A stretch of DNA of 64,000 nucleotides from Octopus sinensis (Eukaryota): NCBI RefSeq assembly GCF_006345805.1, contig NC_043020.1, positions 17,112,001-17,176,000 of the forward strand, in the 5' to 3' direction. Positions within the stretch are counted from its first letter, which is position 1. Every line of letters begins with the position of its first letter. The notes beneath the pieces are model-generated. The model did not search any database, was not told where the DNA came from, and saw nothing but the letters and a program-made list of their open reading frames with translations. The position numbers and the translations under genes are program-made. Shown piece by piece: positions 25,214 through 37,795 of the stretch.

Positions 25214-25525
25214 ATACATACATATGGATGTGTATATATGTATGCATGTGTGTGTGTGTATATATATATGTATGCATGTGTGTGTGTGTATATATATATG
25301 TATGCATGTGTATATATATATATGTATGCATGTGTGTATGTATATATATATATGTATGTATGCATGTGTATATGTATGTATGCATGTGTATATATATATG
25401 TATGCATGTGTGTATATATATATATATGTATGCATGTGTGTGTATATATATATATATGTATGCATGTGTGTATATATGTATGCATGTGTATATATATATG
25501 TATGCATGTGTATATATATGTATGC

Positions 25526-25572
<47 letters not shown>

Positions 25573-25575
25573 TGT
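25160..25575. repeat. Compound microsatellite/minisatellite of TATATATGTATGCATGTG-type units
   Basis: Repeated atgtatgcatgtg cores with variable (TA)n/(TG)n; source of several low-complexity ORFs. Confidence 0.95.
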
Positions 25576-26369
25576 GTATGTGTGTCTGAATAACGTGTAA
25601 TTTCAGCTTCCCCTTCGCGTTGCTATTAGGCTGAAGCAATATTGATTCTACATTGTGTTCTTCAGTGAATGCAAATATTGTGCAACAGTGTATGTCTGCG
25701 ACTGATGGTTCAATGGTTGGCGCTGTGTTTGTGTCTGTGTGTCTTCCTCCTCCTCCTTCCTCTCCTGCTTCATCGGCTGTTGTAGCAGAATAACAATAGT
25801 TCTCTACCTTGCATACCATCCTGCAGACAGAGATAGAAGATGGCTGACCGAGGTTTGCGCACCAGCTTGGTGGAAAATATGGTATATGTGATTGGGAAGA
25901 CCACTATCCTGTAATAATATATTTGCAACTGATAGTATGATGGTTTAGCCACAGTTACAAACCATTTTAAGATGGTTTAGCCACAGCTGCAAACTGAACT
26001 AGTGGTTGAGCCAACAAAATAATTTCTGAGTGGTTGCTTGAATTACTAGAAATAGCAACCAAAATCTCCCTTGAATCATGCTCTTTTGTCTTAAATATTT
26101 GTTAAGTTTAGTAATTATGTACATAATGAGTGAGTATCAAATATCTAATTAGAAGAAATAATAATGTGATTTGGAAAAGACATTAGTGCAATGATTAATA
26201 TTTTTTTTAATTATTTAGGAACAGCCATGGCTGTGTGATAAGAAGCTTGCTCCCTAGCCACATGGTTCTGGGTTCAGTCCCATTGCATTGCACTTTGGGC
26301 TAGTGTCTTCTATTATAGCCTTGGGTCAACCAAAGGCACTGTGAGTGGTTTTGGCTGAAGGATTTGGTT

Positions 26370-27298
26370 GAATTGAAATCCCCTCACTGCTGCATGCACA
26401 TCTGCAATGTTTTTCTTAGTTCTACTGGTTGCGGGTCTCTCAGAACGTTCGTTAATATCGACACTTTGCGGCCATCTTAGAAATGCCTGAACCACTCATG
26501 CACTTGTGCACGGCTCATACACTCCTCTCCATACACTTGTGCACGGCTCATACACTCCTCTCCATACACTTGTGCACGGCTCATACACTCCTCTCCATAC
26601 ACTTATGCACGGCTCATACACTCTTCTCCATACACTTGTGCATGGCTCATACACTCCTCTCCATACACTTTCTGCAACTTTGTGTAGGCCTCTGATCAGG
26701 TACTGTTATGACAACTTTTTCTACACGTTCCTTCCAAGCACTGCTGTAAACAACAGAAATGAGCTAGAATGTTAAAACTTAGTGTGCATGCGTAGGAGTG
26801 GCTGTGTGGTAAGTAGCTTGCTTACCAACCACATGGTCCCGGGTTCAGTCCCACTGCGTGGCACCTTGGGCAAGTGTCTTCTACTATAGCCTCGGGCCGA
26901 CCAAAGCCTTGTGAATGGATTTGGTAGACGGAAACTGAAAGAAGCCCGTCATATATATATATATGTGTGTATGTTTGTGTGTTTGTGTGTCTGCGTTGTC
27001 CTCCCAACATTGCTTGACAACCGATGCTGGTGTGTTTACGTCCCCGTAACCTAGCGGTTCGGCAAAAGAGACCGATAGAATAAGCACTAGGCTTACAAAG
27101 AATAAGTCCCAGGGTCGATTTGCTTGACTAAAGGCGGTGCTCCAGCATGGCCTCAGTCAAATGACTGAAACAAGTAAAAGAGTAAAGAGTATGCACAGCA
27201 GAGTTGAAGGTCAATCTGTGTCAAGTGGCTTTACTCTGCATGATTTAGTTTCATTACCATAGCAACGGTCTGGATACTTATTGATCAGACTGTGTGTA
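26370..27298 (-). pseudogene. Mariner transposon 5' remnant (TIR plus decayed transposase N-terminus), interrupted by a family-1 SINE at ~26791-27190
   Basis: Minus strand TA-cacacagtctgatcaataagtatccagacc TIR; reads EAYTKLQKVYGEECMSHAQV...HEWFRHF*DGR/SVDINERSERPATSRTKKNIADVHAAVR, with the mariner WF..F..G and RS.RP motifs. Confidence 0.8.
26501..26670. repeat. 33-bp tandem repeat, 5 copies, inside the mariner remnant
   Basis: Unit cacttgtgcacggctcatacactcctctccata at 26501, 26534, 26567, 26600 and 26633. Confidence 0.95.
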
Positions 27299-30200
27299 CA
27301 TGCACATATCAACACAGAAATCTGGTTATAGCTAAGTTTGATACAATTGGTTTCCCTCTCAGAATATTTGACATGGTTTCTGCTCCCGGATGGACTTGCT
27401 TCACTTCATCAATATCTTACGTAAAACATGAACAACATGTCCATACCGTAATAATAAATAGTACAGTTGGAGCAGATATTTTTGTCAGGGCCTTCTATTT
27501 TGGGGCATTTCCACTCCCCTTTGTTGTATCATCTAACTCTTGTTAAAATAACAGTAATACACTGGGGGATACCTGTAGCATACATTACATTACTATCTCT
27601 GGCCTCCGTGCCAGTGGCACGTAAAAAGCACCATCCGATTGTGGTCGCTTGCCAGCCTCGTCTGGCACGTAAAAAGCACCCACTACACTCATGGAGTCGT
27701 TGGCGTTAGGAAGGGCATCCAGCCGTAGAAACATTGCCAGATCAGACTGGGCCTGGTGCAGCCTTCTGGCTTCCCAGATCCCAGTTGAACCGTCCAACCC
27801 ATGCTAGCATGGAAAGCGGATGCTAAACGATGATGATGATGGATGATCTCTAATCAACTCTTTTCCTTCACTTGTCACTACTTCTCTGTTCTTTCCCACC
27901 ATGTCCTCCATTCTTCTCCTACCTAACATTCCCTGTTGCATTCACAATCAAATCACCTGGTTATTCGACCTCATCTGTCTGTGTCTATAACCAGTGAATC
28001 TTAACCCTTTAGTGTTCAGGTTACTCAGTCAAATGTAATACTTATTCATTCACATTATTTTGTATTAATCATGCATCATCTCATAGCTTTGAGGTTTTGA
28101 TGATGTGATTATTTGAATGGCATTGTCAGATAAGTTGTAAGAGGCCAGATCTGACCCGTTTGAACATAAAACAGGTAGAACATTTTGGGCCAGATATGGC
28201 TGATTTAAACAGGGGTCCTTATAAGATTTTGTTGTTAAAATTTCTGCAGTGAATTGGTTATTCTTCAACAATACTCAAAATGTTTTAACATTTTTTTTCT
28301 TACAATTCCTGATATTTTATAAAAATACAATAAGATGTTTTTAAAACATCGAACAACTATAGGGATCCAGTAGTGTAAAATAGAAACCAAAGGGGTCCAC
28401 AGGCAAAAAATGGTTGAGAGCCACTGGTCTATATCATTTATCTTTTACTTGTTTCAGTCATTGAACTGCAGCTATGTACTTACATTTTAAGTTTGGCACT
28501 TATTCTATCGATTTCTAAAGCCAAACTACTAAAATTATGGGGATATAAACAAATAAGTACCGGTTGTCAAGTGGTTGTAGGGGCCAAACACGCACATCTA
28601 AATACACAAACACACACATTTATATGTGTATCTTTTTGCACATATATGTATATCCCTTCAGCTTTCAGATTTCCCTGTCAAATGTAATGCTTATTTATTC
28701 ACAATCTTTTCAATTCGGTGTGCTTGCATATTTTTAGAATGACATTGTAGGGTAGGCGTGAGAGGTTTGGATCTGGTCAGTTTTAACATAAAACAGGTAG
28801 AGTATTTGGGCCAGATACAGCCGGATTAAATGCTAAAGGAATATACAGACTTGACAGGCTTCTTTCTGTTTCTGTCTACCAAATTCACTCAAAGCTTAGG
28901 GGCTATAGTTGAAGACACTTGCCCAAGGTACTACATAGTGAGACATCTGTATATTTGGCTCATTCTTTCCCTTCATTTTTTTTTCTGAGGCAAACATTGC
29001 TCATTACCCCTACTCATTTTTTTTAATTAGTTGTGGAGCATTCTCCATGAATAAATGCATTAATTAGATAAATTAAGAAATGCCTACAGAGGTTCAGGTG
29101 TATCACACACACACATCACTGTGTTGTCCAGACTATCAGATGTTGTTATGCACCACCAGTCACAGTGCATTTCCTTGCATTGTTGTAGCTTTTGAATGAT
29201 GCCACTCTACTGACTCAGCAGGCTGGCCAACACTCCCCACTATAATGGCACATCAATCCATTGCAGGGTTACCTATTTATAGCTGAGTGGACTGCGGCAA
29301 CATGAAATGAAGTGTTTTCCCCAAGAACACAACACACCACCTGTCTGGGAATCGAAACCCTGATCTTGTGATCATGAGTGCAATACCCTAATCACTTGGC
29401 CACACACCTCACATACATATAAACATACATACATCTACACAGGTGTACACACACACACACACACACACTATGCTACCCTTAGGCATGCAAATAGGCAAAT
29501 TGAAGGCAAATGGTATGAGCTGAATGAATGTACTTTTACACTCTGTATTCAGTGCATTTTTCTTTCGATAGTTAGAATCAAGCCTTCGCAATTTGCGTGT
29601 TTGCATGTGCGTGTGTGTTTTCCTCTAACCTAACCTGTCTGGTCATGTGTAAATCTATCCATTCTTCTGTGAATCTACACCCAATCTTCTATGCACTTGT
29701 AATATCCATGTCCATATGTACAGTTTATTGTGTTGTGTATGTGTCTGTATATCAGCACATGCATACTCTGCTCTGCTCTGCTCTTATCTGAGTTGGCATT
29801 CTGGTGCTTTTGTGATGTGGCATGTCAGTAGTTGACCGTCGATATCAGGGAATTCATAGCTACATGACTTCCCCACTTCTCTTGTTCGCATGCAAGTGCA
29901 CACACGTGTGTGTATATATGAGTGTGTGTGTGTATAATATATATGTATATGGCGTTTTCTTTCCATCTGCCTTGTCTGTTTAATATCTTCATTTATTATA
30001 GAGCAGGGCAAGTCTCACCATAATAACTAAAACATCATCAGCATCAATAATAATGATAATGATAATAATGATTTCTTTTATTTTCCAATAAGGTGAAGGA
30101 TGATGATGATGATGATAATAATAATAATAATAATAAGGGTGGTGTGGGTTGTCTGGCAATGAACTTGAGGTGGATCAATGTTTTTTTTATTCTTCACTCA

Positions 30201-31406
30201 TCTTTTGCATTTCCTTTTTTCTTTACTTCTTCCTCTGTCTGCCATTGATATTACAAAACAAACCCCACCCCCACAAACACGCGCGCACCACCGGCACATA
30301 TGTGTAGCCACACGCTAACGCATACATTCTACACACAGACGCGCCCACACCAGCATTCATACACACACGTGCACACACGCTCACCCCCCGTCCCTCTCTA
30401 GCGCTCATAAATCTACACCAGAATGCTCACGGACACACCAGTGCATACATAAAATACCATCACCACTTCACATACCATTTCACAAAATACTGACCAACAC
30501 TAGTAAAAAAAAAACCTACAGTTATTTACAAATAATTAAGTTACACACTCTTACACACACTCTCTCTCTCTCGCACACACATACACACACATGTACACTC
30601 GCGTATTCTCCTTACAGGCGCCTAGTGCCCCAGTTTTACTACTGTATCTTCTTAAAAAGACATGGCAGCTTCCTGTAAATTCAACCCTTCTCTCTCTTTC
30701 TCCCCTTCTCTTTCTCTCTGTGTTTTACCACTGTATTTCCTCCTCCTTTGGCCTTCATCTTTTCCCAGTTTTTCCAGTAGCGTTTTAGGTCGGGGAGGTC
30801 AGCCTCCCAGTTGAAGGAGGAGAGGGTGAAAGAAAAGCAAAGGGAATCTGACAGCTTCTATCTTCCTTTGTTTTTGACAGGGTGGACGGGTGGGCGGATG
30901 GATGGAAGGAGAAGGTTCTTGTCTTTGTTTGGATTTTGGTTTGAATTTTCAAGATATAACACACACACACACACATACATCATGTGTGTACCATATGTGT
31001 GTGTGTGTGTCTGAGCATTCACACATCATGTAATATATCTTATATACAGGATATATATATATGTATATATACACACACACACACATGTGTTTGGTTTTTG
31101 GAAACTGTGGAACAAAAACATAAACGTGCCCTTTCACACCTTTGTGTTAGAAGTATGTAGTCTAATGTATGTATATATTGTTGGTAACTAGGATACAAAG
31201 ACTGGTTCCACAAAATATTTCTCTGTATGGTTTTGTAATCTAGTTAACACCCCTCCTAAATCCCTTTGATATGTATGCTACACACACACACATATGCAAA
31301 TTAAATGGTAGGGTGTGCTCACACATTTTTCTATATTATATACACATCTAAGTGAAGTCTGTTGTTAAGTGGAAAAAAATCTCAGTTTCTGTTCTATATA
31401 CATGTG

Positions 31407-31446
<40 letters not shown>

Positions 31447-31920
31447 TCCATATAGGCCTTTATGTGTATATCAGACAAGGGAAATCCTACTTAGTAATAA
31501 TTTTCTTGCGCGTGCGTGCTCTCTCAGACACACACACACATATGGTTCTTTTGCTATTTTTAATTCTGTTACTCCTCCACGTCCTCCTGCTCCTCTTAAT
31601 TTTTTTCTTTCTTTATTTATTCCATTAATTATGGAGACTGATCAGTCCAGATTTTCTGTCTATAAAGTTTGCGGTGTCAGTGACCTGTTTTTTTTCACTT
31701 TGGGGAAGTTGTACTGTTATAATAGACGTAGGCGCAGGGAGGGATAGGATAGGGGAAGGCGAGAGAATGCTTCTGTGTGTGTGTGTCCCATTCACTGGGA
31801 AATATAAGGGGAGGTGTTAACTCTCACTGCTATTTTCATATTTCTTCCTTAATTTTTTTCTTCCCTACAGAGAACATTTTATGTGGGGATATTGAATTGA
31901 CTTATATGTATAAATACACG

Positions 31921-31955
<35 letters not shown>

Positions 31956-32345
31956 ATATACATATTCTGCCACACACACACACATAATAAATGTATGTGT
32001 AAATATGGTATTAATAAGACAAAAATTGAATATAACCTGAGAATACAAGTGTGTGTGTGTGTGTTATTAATAACAGGAATGTGAATAGAAGCTGTGTTCT
32101 CCATTGAATGGTTTTCAAAGAGTCACACATGAGTGGTTTTTGCCATAACTGAAGGAATTAGCTGGTGGCCATTTTAAATACTACACTTGTTCTCTCAATA
32201 GCAGAATATTTTTGATGTAGGGCATTCTGTGTGTGTGTGTGTGTGTGCGCGCGCACGTGCATTTTTGATCGTGTTTAGCCCTGAGTCAACAACACTTCTA
32301 TCAGACATTTTACCTGTGACCATTCTGTCTCAATTTTACAGTGTA

Positions 32346-32404
<59 letters not shown>

Positions 32405-32419
32405 GCATATACATGCATG

Positions 32420-32588
32420 CATACATTCATACATAGAGGCATATATACATTCATGCACTGAATAAATATCTTTAAATTTGTCCTTTTTTTAAGGAGTTAT
32501 TTTCTGGGAGATTTGGCTGCTATTTCTAAAGGTTGTTTGACCATGTAGAGGCTCTCTGGCTCGTGGCTGTGGTGCATGGTGTAGTGTG

Positions 32589-32633
<45 letters not shown>

Positions 32634-32837
32634 TACATGCATGCATGCATGCATACATACATACATACATACATACATACATACATACAGAGGCATATAT
32701 ACATTCATGCACTGAATAAATATCTTTAAATTTGTCCTTTTTTTAAGGAGTTATTTTCTGGGAGATTTGGCTGCTATTTCTAAAGGTTGTTTGACCATGT
32801 AGAGGCTCTCTGGCTGTGGTGCATGGTGTAGTGTGAT
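32420..32837. repeat. Local direct duplication of ~165 bp separated by a microsatellite
   Basis: agaggcatatatacattcatgcactgaataaatatc...ggtgcatggtgtagtgtgat at ~32435-32590 and ~32689-32837, differing by small indels. Confidence 0.9.
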
Positions 32838-33466
32838 TGTCAGATTCTTCAGCTATGAGTAGGAATGAATTTTGTGTTTTTGTAAGTCTATATATTTGGA
32901 TATCGATTGAATATTGATTGATTGAAACCACTCCACCTCTTTTTTTTTTTTTTCCTTTTTTTATTTCGTGTTAATCATTCAACTGTGAAATTGGTGTGGA
33001 ACTTTACTATTTCAGGCACGCAGTGCTGTGTGCTTTTTTTCCCCCCCTTTCTTAAAGATTATAGGATGAAGGCTGGTGCAAGTAAATACTCGACATTTGA
33101 CAATGTTCCGAACCTTAATGTCACAGTGACTCTTTCTCTTTCTGTGCATGCATGCACACTCACATACACACACACACACATTGAGGCAAATATACATGCA
33201 TGCACATACATGCACTAACATGGAAATGCAGATGTAATGCATACACATGCACGCATTTGCATTATATAGTTACCTTCATTGCTTTGACATGTGCGTAATT
33301 TTTTCCTTGCCAATTTGGATTTGATGGATTTATTATAACAATAGCCACCTTACACTCATCTTAGCTGGTTTGCTACCATGTTCTTGCTTTTGTTGTGATT
33401 AATTTTCAAAATAAGAATTTAATCAAATAACACTTTAGCTAGTTTTTGGAACATAAATTATCATAA

Positions 33467-33816
33467 GCGCAGGAGCGGCTGTGTGGTAAGTAGCTTGTTT
33501 ACCAACCACATGGTTCCGGGTTCAGTCCCACTGCATGGCACCTTGGGCAAGTGTCTTCTACTATAGCCTCGGGCCGACCAAAGCCTTGTGAGTGGATTTG
33601 GTAGACGGAAACTGAAAGAAGCCTGTCGTATATATGTGCATGTATGTTTGTGTTTGTTCCCCTAGCATTGCTTGACAACCGATTCGGCAAAAGAGACCGA
33701 TAGAATAAGTACTGGGGTTACAAAGAATAAGTCCTGGGGTCGATTTGCTTGACTAAAGGCGGTGCTCCAGCATGGCCGCAGTCAAATGACTGAAACAAGT
33801 AAAAGAGTAAAGAGAG
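33467..33816 (+). mobile_element. Family-1 SINE with a 46-bp target-site duplication
   Basis: aatcaaataacactttagctagtttttggaacataaattatcataa is identical at 33421-33466 and 33817-33862. Confidence 0.92.
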
Positions 33817-34558
33817 AATCAAATAACACTTTAGCTAGTTTTTGGAACATAAATTATCATAAACTTTTATCATTTAAACCAGCCACATCCAGCCAAAATA
33901 TTCTACCTGTTTTATGTTCAAACTGGTCAGATACAGACTCTCACACCTACCCTGCATGTTACATAATCAAAATCTCAAGGCTATGAGATAATGCAGGATA
34001 AATTCAAAACAATAGAATAATCTGAATGCTAAAGGGTAAAGATCTTGTTGAAAGGTTTTAATTTAGATCACTTTAAAATAGGAAACTTCATATCATAGAA
34101 CCATGGCTGGTCTCAGGCTAGTTTTGGTATCAAAGGGTTTAGACCTCTGTTGTTTCTTTTGTGAACTAAAATTATTTCAGCCTGGAATTTAAACTTTGGC
34201 ATAAGTATTGCTTTGTTGGTTGCTTCCTGTCCCAAAACATCTGCCATGCATTTTACAGCAAGGAGCTTTTACAATATTAAACAAAGTTCATAACACCTCC
34301 ATCTTATATAGAGAAAAAATATACACCTAAAAGGCACCCCCCCCAAAAAAAAAAACTCTGAAATGTTAACTACAGAAACTTTATTAACCCTTTTCTTATC
34401 ATATTTCTGTTGAAATATTGTTTTTGTTTCAATTAATGGTGAAAATTATGTAGAATTTAGTAAAGTAACATTGCAATTAGGCTTGATATTTCAAACAAAA
34501 ACTTAACATGAAATTTTAACAGAAGTTTTTAAAAAAATTTAGATCACTCACTCTAAAG

Positions 34559-34805
34559 CAGTGTTTCTCAAACATTTTTTTGCATTTGTGGATGTCCTTT
34601 GATTCCTATTTTACTCATATCCATTCAGTGTTTAAAAAATTCTGTTAATTTTTTATAATTAAATATTATTAAGAATTATATTAAAAAAATTATTGAAAAT
34701 ACTTTGTGTATTTTAGAAGTATAACCAGTATATTGGACATACATTTTAAACACAAAATCTTATATGGACCCTCAAGGGCTATATGACCCCAGTTGAGAAC
34801 TACTG
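34559..34805. mobile_element. hAT-type MITE
   Basis: cagtgtttctcaa...ttgagaactactg; TSD ctctaaag/ctttaaag. Confidence 0.8.
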
Positions 34806-36402
34806 CTTTAAAGCAAGGAGTCTGGATCATTGAACCAAAAGCAGTCCTGGGTGAGGTATCAAAAGGATTAATAGTAAAAAACAAAATTGAAAATCAGCAG
34901 ACAGATACAACAATATGCCAGGCTTCATTCAGTTTCTGTGCACCAAATTCACTTGCAAAGCATTTGTCAGTCCAGGATGATAACCAGAGATACTTGTAAC
35001 CATGTGACTGAAGTGAACTTCCTAACATCAGATACAACTCACATTGGTAACAAACTATGGAAATAACTAGAAGTTAATAATTAATTTTTAAATTTGACAA
35101 TGAGGATTTCAACTGTTACATTAATTCCCATGATCCTTTGCTGCTTATTACAAGATGTGCTTATTACAAGATAAAGCTGAGAAAGTCTTGACACACTGAT
35201 GGACTTTGGAATGTTATTGTTTCTAAGTATAAATGATTATAAGGAAATGTGTATGTGTGTGTGTCTATATAAACTATTATTATTCATTTAAAGGACACAA
35301 TACATGTCTTAAAGTGCGACTGATGGTCTTATATGTTGAGAAATATCTCAAACACATTCGTCGGGCACAAAGCACATATCATAATGAACTAAAAAGATTG
35401 AGTAAGAGACGTGTTGTGTTTTTAAATAAATAATATTTATATCTCACCAGATAAAGTACTTTTTTTGATGAATTTTCTATCATGGAACAGTATATATATA
35501 TATAGGTAGATAGATAGATACACACATACGTATTCATATATACACAGGTGTACAAGAGGGAGATTGTTGTTTTGATTGTCAGAGTGGGTGGTGCATTGTA
35601 TTCTTGAGCAAAACATTTCATGTTGCTCTGCGATCATTTCAACATCTGACATGTAGTACACCATGCAACTGTACAGGTAGTGTTGATTTGATGGAGAGAC
35701 TATATAGATCACTATAAACAAATCATCTGTGCAAGTTCTATAGCAAGAAATTGTGGAACTATTTTTCTTGGACATCGTTTAACGTCCGCCTTCCATGCTA
35801 GCATGGGTTGGACGGTTCGACCAGGGTCTGGGAAGCCAGAAAGCTCCACTCTAATCTGGCAATGTTTCTACAGCTGGATGCCCTTCCTAACGCCAACCAC
35901 TCAGTGAGTGTAATGGGTGTTTTTTACGTGCCAGGCAAGGCTGGCAACGGCCACGATCGGTTGGTGCTTTTTACGTGCCACCGGCAAGAAGACAATATAT
36001 ATATATATATGTATATATACTTTCACTGGAGGCACACCCAAAGACCACCGCAGTTCAGGGAGACTTGGTTTTCATGATATCTATGTCACATCTTACAACC
36101 TTTATAGTATTCACAGTGTGTTGAGCAGCAGGTCTGATGTTGGCATTTTGATACCTGACATGAGTCATCATCATACAGGTAACTCTTTTCCAAAATTCAG
36201 ATGGCGTTCATTTCTCCATGCCAGCTAACTTTTTCTCAATTACAACCTTTGTTTGTGCTCTCCAATGCTATTCACTGTTTATCAATACATGAAGCTGTTC
36301 CTGAAAAAAAGAAGACAAAATCATCAAATTAAACCTGAATTCCCTGCATATATAACATATTTACATATAACATATATATATATAATCATCATCAATATTT
36401 AA

Positions 36403-36621
36403 CCCTTTAGTGTTCAGATTATTCTATCAAACATAATGCTTATTGATTCACATTGATTTGAATTAATCATGCATTATCTCATGTCTTCAAGATCTTGATG
36501 GTGTAATTACTTAATGTAGAATAACATTGTAGGGTAGGTGTGAGAGCCTGGATCTGGTCAGTTTGAACATAAAACAGATTAGCTATTTTGGCCGGATATG
36601 GCCAGTTTAAATACTAAAGGG
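36403..36621. mobile_element. piggyBac-type (TTAA) MITE, family A, inserted in a family-2 retroposon tail
   Basis: ttaa-ccctttagt...actaaaggg-ttaa. Other complete copies at 47544-47763, 57120-57340 and 63179-63400; many partial copies. Confidence 0.88.
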
Positions 36622-37308
36622 TTAACATCCGCTTTCCATGCTGGCATGGGTTGAACGGTTTGACTGAAAACTGGTAAGCTGGGATGCAAATACACACACA
36701 TGGTGGGTTTCTTTCCATTTCCATCTACCAAATCTACTCGCAGCACTTCAGTTGACCTTAGGTTGGTTATGGAAGAAGACACTTGCCCAAGGCACTTCAT
36801 ATTGGGACTGAATCCGAAATCATGGGTTGGGAAGCAAACTTCTTACCACTCAACCAAAATAAAACAAAAAAGAAAGAAAATGAAACAAAACCCAAAAAAC
36901 TGCTCTGGACTTTTTTTTTACCATTTTTCTTCCTGTTTTGTTTTGTGTGACATTGAAAGCCCTACCTTTCTTCGAACATTCCTGTAGAATATATTTAAAA
37001 AGTGCTCTGTAGATTGGCCATTTGTGAAATGAAAATACACGTTTTTTTTTAGTTTGTAGGAGTTATGTATTCCATTTTCGTTCATTTTTTTGAATGAGAT
37101 GAACCAAAGAATTAGCTACATTATATAAACGTGTATAGACTTGGTGGCAGTAGTGGTGGTGTGTTTAATCATTGAAATCTGTAGAGTTGAAGAATATTCA
37201 TATTGTATGGTAATTAGGCTTCTATTCATTGTTCTATAGTTCCTTTCTATAAAAATCTGAGTATTTTTTTTTTTATGTATGTGTGCATATAGTGTATATA
37301 ATACTTAG

Positions 37309-37330
37309 GTGTGTATAATATATATGTATA

Positions 37331-37378
<48 letters not shown>

Positions 37379-37735
37379 ATATATGTATATATTTATATCT
37401 GTATATGTATATATTTATATCTGTATATGTATATATTTATATCTATATATGTGTATATATTTATGTGTGTATATATTTATATCTGTTCAAACACCTGTTT
37501 TCATCTTTTGTTTTTCTATAAATTTCAACTCTACATTTATATATGTATATATTTATATCTATATCTGTACATATATTTATATATGTATATATTTTTATCT
37601 ATATATGTGTATATTATATGTATATATATATCTATAAATATTTATGTATATATATATATATGTGTATATATATCTGTTTATATTTATGTATATATTTATT
37701 TATGTGTGTGTGTATGTATGTATGTATGTATGTAT

Positions 37736-37790
<55 letters not shown>

Positions 37791-37795
37791 TATAA
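37309..37795. repeat. Long compound TA-rich microsatellite
   Basis: (TA)n, tatatttatatct-type and (TATG)n tracts. Confidence 0.95.

Noticed and set aside
25129-25819. Longest ORFs (139-227 aa; His/Tyr/Ile/Thr- or Cys/Val/Met-rich)
   Set aside because: Translations of a TA/TG/CATG microsatellite that is open in all frames; the same applies to 37309-37832, 9130-9450 and 32489-32712.
26501-26670. 33-bp repeats resembling a CRISPR array
   Set aside because: Units are contiguous with no unique spacers, there are no cas genes, the context is eukaryotic, and the repeat is explained as a duplication inside a mariner remnant.
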